64,000 bases of DNA from a virus (IMGVR_UViG_3300046168_000070:1-64000); one strand, 5' to 3'; counted from the stretch's first letter, positions 28,977 to 38,901 are shown. Numbers and translations are program-made. Notes: generated by a model not told the origin, from the letters alone.

Positions 28977-29002
28977 CCTTCAAAGTTCTTTGAAAAATTT
29001 AT

Positions 29003-29400
29003 GGGCGTGTACTGGATTCGATTTAAATTAGATTAGTATACTGCAAGTAGGAGTTGCATCTGGCTCCTAAAAAAGGTGCAAACAATTACATGGCAACAAA
29101 AACCGTGTTAAAGCTTTTGGCTTAAAAGCTAAAAAGCTTGCCTTAGCAGCTTAGTTCTGCTACCTCGTAACTTTTGACGCAGATAAAGAGATTACGAGGT
29201 CATCAATCTGCAAAACAGATAAAAGTTTATCCGTTTCATAAACTGTACCATTGAGTATTCGAGGGCCTCAAGTTTGAGTGAATAATTGAAATGGTTAGTT
29301 GGATGTTAATATCATAACTGTAAAAAAAATTAACTAAACTTGTAGATGTATATCTACAGAAAATTTAAAGACGCGGGTTCGACTCCCGCCACGTCCACCA
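29003..29400 (+). ncRNA. ssrA: tmRNA (398 nt, CCA encoded); tag GNKNRVKAFGLKAKKLALAA at 29092-29154
   Basis: Acceptor stem GGGCGTG/CACGTCC-ACCA with G3:U70; CTGGATTCGA; T-arm GCGGGTTCGACTCCCGC; pseudoknot 1 (AGGAG/CTCCT and TTGCATC/GGTGCAA); tag ends LALAA-TAG. Confidence 0.96.
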
Positions 29401-29402
29401 AT

Positions 29403-29732
29403 TTAAATTATTTTTTTATTTATTAAACATGCGAGACTAGGAATTGAAAACATACAAAGCAAAGCATAAATAATATTTAAATTAAAAAACCAAACACACC
29501 ACAACCCTAAAAACAAAGACAGCCAAGTGCTATAACATAAAGGGCAGCTTAATAATTCTCCAAGTTTTCCCCAATTATCTACAATATAATCATGCAAATC
29601 ATCTAATGTATATATTTTTTCTTTTATAAATAACGACAGAGCATATACCTTTAAATTAGTATATTCCAATATAGCAATAACATTAGATACAACTAAAACA
29701 GAAGCAATATAAATTAATAAATAATTTATCAT
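29403..29732 (-). CDS. DUF1360-like membrane protein
   Basis: GELLSCPLCYSTW plus transmembrane helices. Confidence 0.6.
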   Translation of the reverse strand: MINYLLIYIASVLVVSNVIAILEYTNLKVYALSLFIKEKIYTLDDLHDYIVDNWGKLGELLSCPLCYSTWLSLFLGLWCVWFFNLNIIYALLCMFSIPSLACLINKKII

Positions 29733-29950
29733 TTTTTAATTTTTGGTTTAATAAAAGATGTGTATTTTCTCCTCACGCTAGCTTTCCTGCACGACGAGCA
29801 GCCTCCAGGCGTATTAACTTCAGAAAGATAATCTCTTTTCATTTGCTCGCAACCTTCAAAATCAATTTCCTTGCAAGTTTGCTCTGGAGTTTTATTTACA
29901 TCCATAAATATCGTTATTAAATTCATTTCTTCTGGCGTACTATTATTCAT
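29729..29950 (-). CDS. Small Cys-containing hypothetical protein
   Basis: GGCSSCRK; stop overlaps the start of the next gene. Confidence 0.6.
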   Translation of the reverse strand: MNNSTPEEMNLITIFMDVNKTPEQTCKEIDFEGCEQMKRDYLSEVNTPGGCSSCRKASVRRKYTSFIKPKIKK

Positions 29951-29955
29951 TTTTC

Positions 29956-29984
29956 TTGACAAATTTGTTTATATATATTATAGT
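29956..29984 (+). promoter_or_regulatory. Sigma70-like promoter, leaderless transcript
   Basis: TTGACA-17 bp-TATAGT, ATG 6 nt downstream. Confidence 0.75.
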
Positions 29985-29990
29985 TATAAT

Positions 29991-30530
29991 ATGAAAAATA
30001 TTCTAGAAAAAACTAAAACTTATCTAGTCGGCCATATGCAATATATTAGCGGAAGAAATTGGAGAACTGAAGTTACTCAAAAGCTCTCTGAAATCAATGT
30101 AACTTGTTTTGACCCTTACGAAAAGCCATTTATGAAAGACGTAGAAGAAGATGAAGCGTCTAGGCTTGAGATGGAAAATTGGATGAAAACTAAGCAATAC
30201 GATAGGGCAGCTCAAAGAATGAAAACCGTAAGAGCATATGATTTAAACTTAGTAGATAGAAGTGACTTTATTATTGCTCATCTTGTCCCCTCTGTAGCTT
30301 CTTGGGGTAGCGCTGAAGAAATTGTAACTGCTGTTAGGATGAAGAAGCCAATCTTTATAAGCATGGAAGGGGGCAAGTCAAAAACTCCACTTTGGATGCT
30401 TGGTATGTTACCTCACAAGTACATTTATGATTCGGTAGAAGAAATTGTGGATATGCTATTTGCAATCAATGACGGATCAAAGCCAATTGATTCTGATCGT
30501 TGGAGATTATTAAGGCATGAATATAGATAA
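29991..30530 (+). CDS. Nucleoside 2-deoxyribosyltransferase / 5'-nucleotide N-hydrolase-like protein
   Basis: TYLVG, FDP, DLNLVDRSDFIIA, SWGSAEE and KKPIF. Confidence 0.75.
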   Translation: MKNILEKTKTYLVGHMQYISGRNWRTEVTQKLSEINVTCFDPYEKPFMKDVEEDEASRLEMENWMKTKQYDRAAQRMKTVRAYDLNLVDRSDFIIAHLVPSVASWGSAEEIVTAVRMKKPIFISMEGGKSKTPLWMLGMLPHKYIYDSVEEIVDMLFAINDGSKPIDSDRWRLLRHEYR

Positions 30531-30543
30531 ATTAAAATATTTC

Positions 30544-30572
30544 TTGACTTTTTAAAACTTTTTTACTATAAT
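30544..30572 (+). promoter_or_regulatory. Sigma70-like promoter, leaderless transcript
   Basis: TTGACT-17 bp-TATAAT, ATG 7 nt downstream. Confidence 0.8.
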
Positions 30573-30579
30573 TATATAT

Positions 30580-30678
30580 ATGGACAATTCAGAATTACAA
30601 GGTTATTTTATTTTAGCGGGAGCAGCAATTTATTGCATTTGCTTATGTATTAAATATTCAGAAGGAGGAAAGCTTTAA
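30580..30678 (+). CDS. 32-aa single-TM peptide (not in ORF track)
   Basis: MDNSELQGYFILAGAAIYCICLCIKYSEGGKL; follows a promoter, TAATG overlap with the next gene. Confidence 0.65.
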   Translation: MDNSELQGYFILAGAAIYCICLCIKYSEGGKL

Positions 30679-30899
30679 TGAAAGAAGTTTATCTTAGAGG
30701 AATTTATTCTGAATACATTGGGTTAAGAGACCAGAAAATTGCAGATCTAAATGTTATGCTTAACTCTCCTGTAGGTGTAGGTGAGCACGGAGATTTAAGT
30801 GGTACGATTAAAAAAATTATCGAAGAAATTGATAGCTACGATTCCCTTATATCTACATTGAATAATTTAATTCCTAAAGAAGAAGAAAAAAGTGAATAA
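30678..30899 (+). CDS. Hypothetical protein
   Basis: ORF with PVGVGEHGD motif, translationally coupled. Confidence 0.75.
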   Translation: MKEVYLRGIYSEYIGLRDQKIADLNVMLNSPVGVGEHGDLSGTIKKIIEEIDSYDSLISTLNNLIPKEEEKSE

Positions 30900-31056
30900 A
30901 CAAAAAGCGTTATTAATTAAAAAATTAATTTCCTATGATGGTTCATCAGCTGAACACAAAAGAGTGTTTAAAAAGTTAAAGAAAAAATATAATAGTTTAC
31001 CTAAATCAGAAAAGATTAAATTATTGCAAGATATAGAATCTACATTCAAAGATTAA
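30892..31056 (+). CDS. 54-aa basic hypothetical protein (not in ORF track)
   Basis: GTG start overlapping the previous stop; fills the gap to the end of tail J. Confidence 0.6.
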   Translation: MNKQKALLIKKLISYDGSSAEHKRVFKKLKKKYNSLPKSEKIKLLQDIESTFKD

Positions 31057-34000
31057 GATGTGCCATCAGGCTCAATCCTATACCATATACCATTAACTTC
31101 TATATGAAGATTACCATCTTCAACTTTTAATCTTGAGTCTCCAGATATAACTAAATTTTCAGTAAAGTTTGTATCTTGTATTTTATCGTCAAAAATATTT
31201 GTGTTATTTAAAGCTTCATCTATTTTTCCAGATATTCCTTCTCCTTCAGAGAAGTAAGTTGACATTGGCGAACCGTTAATTGTAGGCTCTTGAGAAAAAG
31301 CCACAATCTCTCCAGCTTCGAAACCGTTAGTTTTTATAGTTTGTCCAGAAATTATTCCTCCAACGCCATCGTAGTTTCCGTCGTCGCCAGCCAAGCATCT
31401 AATGTTCATTCCTTTGACATTAACATAAAAGTCAAGCATGTCATTATTTATCTCTCCTTTAGTTAGTCCAAACTTGTTACTACTATCTCCTTCCCCTAAT
31501 ATGTCTGTATAAGTTTTGCTTGTTACATTTTCTAAGTTATATTGACCTATACCAACAGGAGTACCTTGATGCGAATCTGTATGATTTCCTAGTGGATATT
31601 TAACGAAAGAATCTGGGTTGTTTTGAGCGCCATCTGCAGATGACCAAGCCTCTGTTCCCCCTATAATTAAACCTTCCCTAAATTGCTTCATACCCATTAA
31701 TCTTTCATCGCCAAAGGTATTAACAAAAGCATGAGCCAAGTCTTCTTCAGTTGCCTCATCTTCATCTTCTTCCAATAAATCAGCTAAATCTTCTTCGGGC
31801 ACAACTATAAAACCAGTGACGCCAAAATCAATCTCTTGACTGGGAAGCTCCGTTATTTTACCTAAAAAATCTAACGCAGAATTATTCCAAGTAAAATAAT
31901 CCCATGCTTTTATTTTTATATAAAAATCGTTATCATAATTAATACCTTCTTCTAGTTCGTCATCGTATGGGATAATTATTTGATTAGAGCCTTCTAATGA
32001 ATTGAATTCGTTATCATCAGCAGGTTCAAAATCTGGGTTATCTTTACCTATAAATACCTGTATAAAACCTATAGATTGAGTCTCTTCATATGCATTACCA
32101 TTTGTATAGTTTCCAGATACTAATAATTTTATGGATTCAAATGCTGATAAGGTGTTACTTCCTATACCTTCTGGAATATTTTTTCTTAAAATTGTTTTAT
32201 TAGTGTCATTAAAAATTACATCCTCAGTACCCCATTCACCTAACTCATTTATCATTTCTTTGTCGCTAATTTCTTCGGAGTGGGCGTAATGCACTAATGG
32301 AAAATTTTCCCAGTGGGTATCGACTTGTTCGCCATATTTTGGATCTATATACTGATATTCTTCCCATGCTTCAGCAGCAAGCTTAATGTTATCATACGAT
32401 ATATCTATATATATTGTTTGAGCATTGCCTCCTGTCCATCGACTTATTTTTCTACTTCGCGAATTAACAACATTAGAATTAATAGTATTATTTCTGATTT
32501 CGTTCCATAATGTTTGAGCCTCCTCCAACGAATATATATTGGATGGGACGTTTGAATTTTTTGAAGCTTCTGCTACAAAATCAAATTTTGCGTTTTCAGG
32601 TATTTTACCATGCTCAGATGTTTCTGATTGAGTTTCATTCCCCTCTTCATCCGTTAAGATGATTGATATTTTTTTATCTTTATTTAAATCATAAAAGATA
32701 TCATCATGCGGAGTAAATCTTGGCACGAGTGTAGAGACTACAGGCGTGTATGAGATCGGAGGGTCGTACATAATAAAAGATTGCTTAGAGCTGTATTTTC
32801 TAATGTTGCCCGCTCTTGCCACACCCTGAATAACTACAGCTATTCCTCTTTGATCTTGTAAATTGGCATATACAAAACTTTGAATTCCATTATCATCAAC
32901 TGTTGTATTATACCGTAATTCATAATTAAAAGTATATTGCATTCTAGTCAATAAATTATTATTATCATAAATCCATTTTACATTATTAGTAAGAGGATTG
33001 CCAGCGCTACTTGCATTAGTTGATCCACCCCTATCAACGGGACACAAACCTACCCTGAATCCCTCAAAGAAAGGGCTATTAGTTTGTAAGTCAGCGATGT
33101 TGTCGTATATAGTTCTAGATGAATTTATATCTTGATATTTCCAACTTATATCAAAGCTTGCTCCAGCAGTCTCAACCACGCGATAATTACTTTTGGTTAC
33201 TCCATCTTCGTTTAATACTCCTACATCTGAAATTCCTGGCGGGCTATTACTATAACTTTCGTCAGATATAAGTTTTGATGCTATTCCAGCTCCAGATGTT
33301 TTAGATTGAGATGTAGAAGACTGTATACCTGTTGTTGTAACATAAATAGTCCATACTCCAGCAACTGAGCTAGAAGTTTTACTCACTCCAGTGTTTATTG
33401 TAAATTCTTTTGTTCCGCCACCATTTCTGCTTGAATTATTATATGTTGCTTGACTTCCAGATGGATCAGTTAAAATAATATTATTAGTTATACTATTAAA
33501 TTTGGATTCGTCAATAGTTGTTGAAAATTTAACTTTAAAAGAAAGATTTGATCCGCTAACAATGGAGAATTTTTCAATAATGGGTGGGGTAGCATTTGCT
33601 ATCTCAGTACTATCTCCTAGTGTTATTTCATAATTTGAAGATATTACTGGAAAACTTTGATCCATGGAAGAGATTTTTTCTTCGTCAAATAAGGTGGCTA
33701 TGATTTTATACTTACCTTCTCCTTCTTCTTCTATACCTACAATTCTGTATTTTCTTTCTTGCCAATCGTTAGCATATGTTCCACCATCAGTTGGATTAAC
33801 TAAAGCCCAATCTGTTCCTTTTGATACTACATTATATCCATTATCGTAGCTATCTAACAAAGAGCTAGTAAATTTTAAAATATTCCCATTAACGTCTTTA
33901 ACTTTAATTCTATTAGTAGTTATGCTTGATCCATCTGCAGGAAAAACTGACCCTTGTAATCTTTGAGCTTTATTTAAATTAGCAATATCTTGCCCAGTGA

Positions 34001-36857
34001 CTGATCCTTTATTGTCTAAAAAATCCATATTATAACTTGGGTCAATGTTACCTAATATTATATCATAATATTTATTTTGTCTTGTAGTTTGATTAAGGGT
34101 TTGTAAAGTAATAGGATGAGTTAATACTAAAATTTCATCACCCTCAACATCAACTATTTTACCTATTGATTGATTTGTATTTTTAAGAGAATCGCTTACT
34201 CCTATAATATTACCTGGTTTTAAAAATAAAGCTCTATAATCTGTAGAAAAAGTGATTGTCTCTGTATTGACAGAAGAGGTCAGGAAAAACCAACGCCCCA
34301 TTCTTCGCGCTTGACCTCTTGATGTACATCCTAGTGGCTCGATGTTTTTTCTTATTACTCCTAATTCTTTAACGCCTTGTTTATCTTCTACATATTCATA
34401 TTTTTTTCTGTAATCATCAGTTTTATCCATATAACCAACTCTAGCAACAGTGTATCTTGTGGATTTTGAACTTGTATAATATGCGAAAACACCTCCTTCA
34501 ACATTTGTGTTGGTGAAGTTAATCGCAGGTTCATCAATTTCAATCGCAGGAATTTTATTCCAGTATTTTTTCCAATCTTGATCTACTCCAGGCCTAATAC
34601 CAACACCACCATTTGTAATTTTTTCATATATATTAAAAGTGGAGTGAGGAAACTCTACTTTTGTTCCTATAACATAACTTGCAGAATTTGAAAAATTTTC
34701 GTATTTTATGGTATTACCTCCTCCATCTATAGAGACAGAAACCCCCCTTCCATCCCAATATGCTATCCCATGAAAAGTTTCTGCTATAGTTTTTAAAAGT
34801 TCATAAGCTTCTTCTTCTTCTGAAATTAGTACGTTCATTGAGTATCTAGGCTCTTTACCATTGTATGTATCATCAACCCCTACAAAGTTTCCATCATCAT
34901 CCACAGCATCACAATATCTACCTATTTTATATAATGTCCATTTATCAATTTTGTTAATATCTAAATAGGCTCCAATACCATATCTGTTATTTGTCATTAA
35001 ATCATATAAAACCCATGCAGGATTATCAGACCAAGCATACTTAAATGTACCATCCCAAGCTCCATCGTATACATTAGCTCCAACTGTTGATCTATTGTCT
35101 GGGGTATAGTTAGATGGTATTAAAATTTTCTTAAGTTTTAAATGATAAGTTCTCTCTGGTTTTTCTGTAAAATATCTAGAATTAAAAGATTGCTGTACAA
35201 TTGCCGAGTAAGGATAAGACATTTTTTCGTCTATAATTTCTGTGACACTCTCCAAGCTAATTTTTGAACCCATAATTGGAGATATTAATTCTCTTCCTGT
35301 TTTTGTCACTTTCAGATATCTTGCTTTAGATATTTTATCTCCATTAACAGTCACTATAGAAGGTGGTAGCTTGAAGCAATTAAAAGCGTTATTTGCGTCA
35401 TCTGTTGGCATAAAAAAAGTTTCCATTCCACTCTCGTAAACTTCTCTAATTGCGTCTGCTGATCCAAATTGTTGAAATCGATTAAGCCCTAAATTTGGTT
35501 CGGTTTGATCTGACGTGTAATTATGAGGAAGAGCTTGATCTTCCTTTAATGCCGTTAAGCCTTCAGCGTCAAAAACTTCTGCTGGGTTTCTTTTACTCTC
35601 AAGATCATCCATTCCTTCATCAAAATCGCTGTCTTCTCCAAAAATTACCTCTCCATCAACTCCGAAACTAGCTCTTCCCACATCTATTAAATATTTACTA
35701 CCTGCAACCAACCCCTGCACAAAATAATTTCGTGTGATCGATTTCCGAGGATTGGATGAGGATTGAGAAAGGCCATGATGTGCCAGCCACGCTCTAAACT
35801 CACTAGATTGAGCTTCTTCATCAGTTAGTCCGTTTATGCCTATTTCTATCGAGAATCCTACTTTATGCTCCCTGGCTGTTGTCATTAAACCAACCTTGCC
35901 AGCTCCTGCTCCATGGTCTACGGTATCTTTTAACTCATCTATAGATATTGTAGCGTATGCAAAATCAACTTCGCTATTTTTGATTGTATGAGAAACAGGA
36001 AATCCTCCTTCTGAAAATTCTGCATGGCCAGCACTCCAAGCAGTAAAGTCTCGAGTTGATGTATGTGTCCTAATGTCTGATCCATGCTCTACTTGACTTG
36101 CTGCATAACCGTAATCTATTGCTTTTTGCAAACCACTTGTGTCTCCTATAAAATAGCCTATATGCGATCCTTGTGTTTGAAACCAGGATGCAGTATTAAA
36201 TGTAGATCCAAGTTTTTTTCCGCCAAGTTGAAGAAGAAGTAATGCAAAAAAACCGAAGGGTCTTTTCGCCGCTTCTTGTAAGGTCTCTGTATTATATGCG
36301 CTTTGTTCCTCAAGCATAGTATCCGTTGTAGCCATATTTGGTCCTACAAGAGCTTGTTTAATTGACTGGGTATTATAAATTTTACTTCGAGCCCACTTTT
36401 CGTCCCGAGAATATGGGTTTATGCCTTTATGGCTTCCAACTGCATAATTTAAAGCTAGCCTTCTATAATTATAAGTGCTATTTTCGTTTTGGACTACTGT
36501 CCCGTTAAAATAAACACCTTTTGCGATATCAGTACCAGTAACTAAATTTCCATTACTGTCGCAAAAGCCTTCAATCGGGCCTTCGCATATTAAGTCAAGT
36601 GTTTCAGATTGAGAAAAGCTCTGTAAAGAATTTTCATCTGGAGCAGGAGGTTTCAGCAAAGGAGTGGGAGGTGATCCTTTCCCTTTTCCTCCCCCTTCTC
36701 CAGAAACTAATGGTAGGACTGCGTAGCTTTTTTTTTGCTCAATAATTTTACAAGGATATATATTATACTTTACAAAAAATTTTAATTCATCTAAATTTTT
36801 ATACTTCCTCTTCCCAAGCGTTTTATTGAGAATGCCATAAAATTTTACATTTATCAT
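31053..36857 (-). CDS. Central tail fibre / tip attachment protein (lambda gpJ-like)
   Basis: LDLICEGPIEG, YPYSAIV, FKYAWSDNPAWVLYDL, CDAVDD...EPRYSMN, GCTSRGQARRMGRW and FLKPGNII. Confidence 0.93.
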   Translation of the reverse strand: MINVKFYGILNKTLGKRKYKNLDELKFFVKYNIYPCKIIEQKKSYAVLPLVSGEGGGKGKGSPPTPLLKPPAPDENSLQSFSQSETLDLICEGPIEGFCDSNGNLVTGTDIAKGVYFNGTVVQNENSTYNYRRLALNYAVGSHKGINPYSRDEKWARSKIYNTQSIKQALVGPNMATTDTMLEEQSAYNTETLQEAAKRPFGFFALLLLQLGGKKLGSTFNTASWFQTQGSHIGYFIGDTSGLQKAIDYGYAASQVEHGSDIRTHTSTRDFTAWSAGHAEFSEGGFPVSHTIKNSEVDFAYATISIDELKDTVDHGAGAGKVGLMTTAREHKVGFSIEIGINGLTDEEAQSSEFRAWLAHHGLSQSSSNPRKSITRNYFVQGLVAGSKYLIDVGRASFGVDGEVIFGEDSDFDEGMDDLESKRNPAEVFDAEGLTALKEDQALPHNYTSDQTEPNLGLNRFQQFGSADAIREVYESGMETFFMPTDDANNAFNCFKLPPSIVTVNGDKISKARYLKVTKTGRELISPIMGSKISLESVTEIIDEKMSYPYSAIVQQSFNSRYFTEKPERTYHLKLKKILIPSNYTPDNRSTVGANVYDGAWDGTFKYAWSDNPAWVLYDLMTNNRYGIGAYLDINKIDKWTLYKIGRYCDAVDDDGNFVGVDDTYNGKEPRYSMNVLISEEEEAYELLKTIAETFHGIAYWDGRGVSVSIDGGGNTIKYENFSNSASYVIGTKVEFPHSTFNIYEKITNGGVGIRPGVDQDWKKYWNKIPAIEIDEPAINFTNTNVEGGVFAYYTSSKSTRYTVARVGYMDKTDDYRKKYEYVEDKQGVKELGVIRKNIEPLGCTSRGQARRMGRWFFLTSSVNTETITFSTDYRALFLKPGNIIGVSDSLKNTNQSIGKIVDVEGDEILVLTHPITLQTLNQTTRQNKYYDIILGNIDPSYNMDFLDNKGSVTGQDIANLNKAQRLQGSVFPADGSSITTNRIKVKDVNGNILKFTSSLLDSYDNGYNVVSKGTDWALVNPTDGGTYANDWQERKYRIVGIEEEGEGKYKIIATLFDEEKISSMDQSFPVISSNYEITLGDSTEIANATPPIIEKFSIVSGSNLSFKVKFSTTIDESKFNSITNNIILTDPSGSQATYNNSSRNGGGTKEFTINTGVSKTSSSVAGVWTIYVTTTGIQSSTSQSKTSGAGIASKLISDESYSNSPPGISDVGVLNEDGVTKSNYRVVETAGASFDISWKYQDINSSRTIYDNIADLQTNSPFFEGFRVGLCPVDRGGSTNASSAGNPLTNNVKWIYDNNNLLTRMQYTFNYELRYNTTVDDNGIQSFVYANLQDQRGIAVVIQGVARAGNIRKYSSKQSFIMYDPPISYTPVVSTLVPRFTPHDDIFYDLNKDKKISIILTDEEGNETQSETSEHGKIPENAKFDFVAEASKNSNVPSNIYSLEEAQTLWNEIRNNTINSNVVNSRSRKISRWTGGNAQTIYIDISYDNIKLAAEAWEEYQYIDPKYGEQVDTHWENFPLVHYAHSEEISDKEMINELGEWGTEDVIFNDTNKTILRKNIPEGIGSNTLSAFESIKLLVSGNYTNGNAYEETQSIGFIQVFIGKDNPDFEPADDNEFNSLEGSNQIIIPYDDELEEGINYDNDFYIKIKAWDYFTWNNSALDFLGKITELPSQEIDFGVTGFIVVPEEDLADLLEEDEDEATEEDLAHAFVNTFGDERLMGMKQFREGLIIGGTEAWSSADGAQNNPDSFVKYPLGNHTDSHQGTPVGIGQYNLENVTSKTYTDILGEGDSSNKFGLTKGEINNDMLDFYVNVKGMNIRCLAGDDGNYDGVGGIISGQTIKTNGFEAGEIVAFSQEPTINGSPMSTYFSEGEGISGKIDEALNNTNIFDDKIQDTNFTENLVISGDSRLKVEDGNLHIEVNGIWYRIEPDGTS

Positions 36858-37351
36858 CTAAACAAATTCCTATTCCATGTCTGATTGCCTATAACATTAC
36901 TACCAACCCTCAATCTACCATAACCTAAAGGAACAGGCTTTCCTTGACTTTCTACATTAGTTTCCCCGCGAAAAGAGTAAGAGGATGTTTTTGCTGATTG
37001 TGTTGATGCATTATCCATAGTTGGAGCCTGAACAGAATTAGCTGCCATTATAACACTTACTCCGATTGACACAACTAGCCCAACAATAAAAGTAAAAAGG
37101 AAGGCTCCTTTTGCTGCGGGTAAAATATCTATTCTTTTCATATCTTTTTTGTTAGCGTCTTCTAAAGATGCAACTTTTCCGTCAACTAGCATAGAAAATT
37201 CCATTTGGTCAAAATTTCGCGCTAAAAAAGTCATAAAATTTGACTCGACAGCATCAATAGCTTTCAATACATCACTTACAGACTCTAACTCAAATTCATA
37301 CTTTGACCGAAATTTTTCTTCAAATATACCATGTAAATATACTTCAACCAT
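36854..37351 (-). CDS. Tail assembly protein (lambda gpI-like, ubiquitin-like N-terminus)
   Basis: VYLHG...IDILPAAKGA, hydrophobic segment, SYSF...N...QGKPVPLGYGRLRVGS. Confidence 0.9.
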   Translation of the reverse strand: MVEVYLHGIFEEKFRSKYEFELESVSDVLKAIDAVESNFMTFLARNFDQMEFSMLVDGKVASLEDANKKDMKRIDILPAAKGAFLFTFIVGLVVSIGVSVIMAANSVQAPTMDNASTQSAKTSSYSFRGETNVESQGKPVPLGYGRLRVGSNVIGNQTWNRNLFR

Positions 37352-37715
37352 CAATAATCTCCTTTATTTTTTCAATTTTATACTCTTTGCATAGATCTGG
37401 GTAAAAAGCTTCAAATTTATCCTTTTCGTTTATATATAAAATATTTGGCAAACAATTAATTCTAGATATTAATTTATCTGTTTCTGAAAAAGACTCTGAA
37501 TTTGGATGGCTATGATATATAGCTAAAATATCAGACTCTAATTTTGTTTGCAGATATGCTTCAGGATGTATCTCAAACCTGCTTTCAGGAGTTGTCGAAA
37601 TATTTTTACATTGCTTAATAAAAACTTCGCTATCTAGCTCAACAACAAAGCCGCAAACTTCTTCTTGAAGTTTACTTAAGGCGTGTATTTTTATATTTTT
37701 AAGAATTTGTGTCAT
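37344..37715 (-). CDS. JAB/MPN+ metallopeptidase (lambda gpK N-terminal domain)
   Basis: EEVCGF and YHSHP-x6-S-x-x-D JAMM motif; no NlpC/P60 domain. Confidence 0.88.
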   Translation of the reverse strand: MTQILKNIKIHALSKLQEEVCGFVVELDSEVFIKQCKNISTTPESRFEIHPEAYLQTKLESDILAIYHSHPNSESFSETDKLISRINCLPNILYINEKDKFEAFYPDLCKEYKIEKIKEIIDG

Positions 37716-38901
37716 AACCTTCTGTAGCTGGAAAGCCTCCAAATCTCAGCGTGTTGTTTTTTGTATAACCAGATCTAAATCTTAATCTGCAAGCATCTAC
37801 ACTTTTAGAGCATTGGTCAGCGACCCATTGGCCACCCTTTTTTTCTGGAGCATTATTTAAATTAGATAAGTGGTCTAGAACACAAACCCATATAGTTTTA
37901 TCATTTTGTTGAGAAAGGTTTCCGTTAGCAGTTAACTGAACCTGTTTAGTGCCAGCCACAAAACCTTCTCCAGCAGCAGCTGGAGGAGTTTTAACAACAT
38001 CACCTGCTTGATAGTTTACGTCTATAGTCCAATCGGAAATAGTAGCAGTATAATCGAACTCGCCGATTATAGAGCTGCCGCCTCTTTTTTTTGGTCTGGC
38101 TCCATTCAATCTGGACAATGCAGCTGAATTTTCATAAGAATCTTGAGGTCCTAGCATAAAGTTGGTTTCGTCTAACTCTGTAGCTACGGCTGGGCCAGTG
38201 AAATAACAACCTTCTCCCCTATAACACCATGAGCAATATCCCCCTAAAATGGTTCTGTTGGGTATAGTGACGTTTTCAACATCTAAAGATGATGTCAATT
38301 CATATTCAACAGATTCTTTCGTTTCATTAGCTTTTTTTGATATAAAATATAAGCTAGAAGAAAATTCATAAGCTGAATCTGCTGCTTGACCAGGGCCAGG
38401 AGGCCTTACTCCCCAAGGATTTACATTATTATTTTGAGGAAAGTTATCTCCATCTAAAAATTTAGCGAATACTTGCCTCCTCATAACCCTTGCGTTCGTC
38501 ATATCATTAAAATATTTATTATAAGTAGAAATAGTTTCTAAAACCGTACCTTTATGCCCAACTTGATTTATTAATGTAGATATGTTTTTATTTGATATAG
38601 TAATCAAAGGTCTAGGCAGGCCTTGAGAAGAAGATGAAAAATTTGCAGATTGAAGGCCTATAGGCATATATGAAAAGCCTGCCCATTTCAATCCATTTTC
38701 TTGTATATATTGAGCTGATTGAGCATCTATATTAGATAGGTTATCGGCTGAGCACAGGCGTAGCGCATAATTTCTGTTATCATAAACATCTACATCTTGA
38801 TATCCTTCTAAATAATATATCTCGTACAAAGAAATTAAAGCTGTGGGAGCTAGCCCAAAAGCTTGCTCCATATTTAATCCTTGTTTCTGGTAATCTTCCA
38901 T
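37699..38901 (-). CDS. Minor tail protein (lambda gpL-like)
   Basis: ISLYEI, LPRPLITISN, YELTSSLD, CSWCYRGEGC and CSKSVDACRLRF...FGGFP. Confidence 0.9.
   Translation of the reverse strand: MEDYQKQGLNMEQAFGLAPTALISLYEIYYLEGYQDVDVYDNRNYALRLCSADNLSNIDAQSAQYIQENGLKWAGFSYMPIGLQSANFSSSSQGLPRPLITISNKNISTLINQVGHKGTVLETISTYNKYFNDMTNARVMRRQVFAKFLDGDNFPQNNNVNPWGVRPPGPGQAADSAYEFSSSLYFISKKANETKESVEYELTSSLDVENVTIPNRTILGGYCSWCYRGEGCYFTGPAVATELDETNFMLGPQDSYENSAALSRLNGARPKKRGGSSIIGEFDYTATISDWTIDVNYQAGDVVKTPPAAAGEGFVAGTKQVQLTANGNLSQQNDKTIWVCVLDHLSNLNNAPEKKGGQWVADQCSKSVDACRLRFRSGYTKNNTLRFGGFPATEGYDTNS

Noticed and set aside
29360-29400. Stand-alone tRNA or integration-site tRNA fragment
   Set aside because: The T-arm and acceptor 3' half pair with 29003-29009 and enclose a tag ORF and pseudoknot, so this is the 3' end of tmRNA
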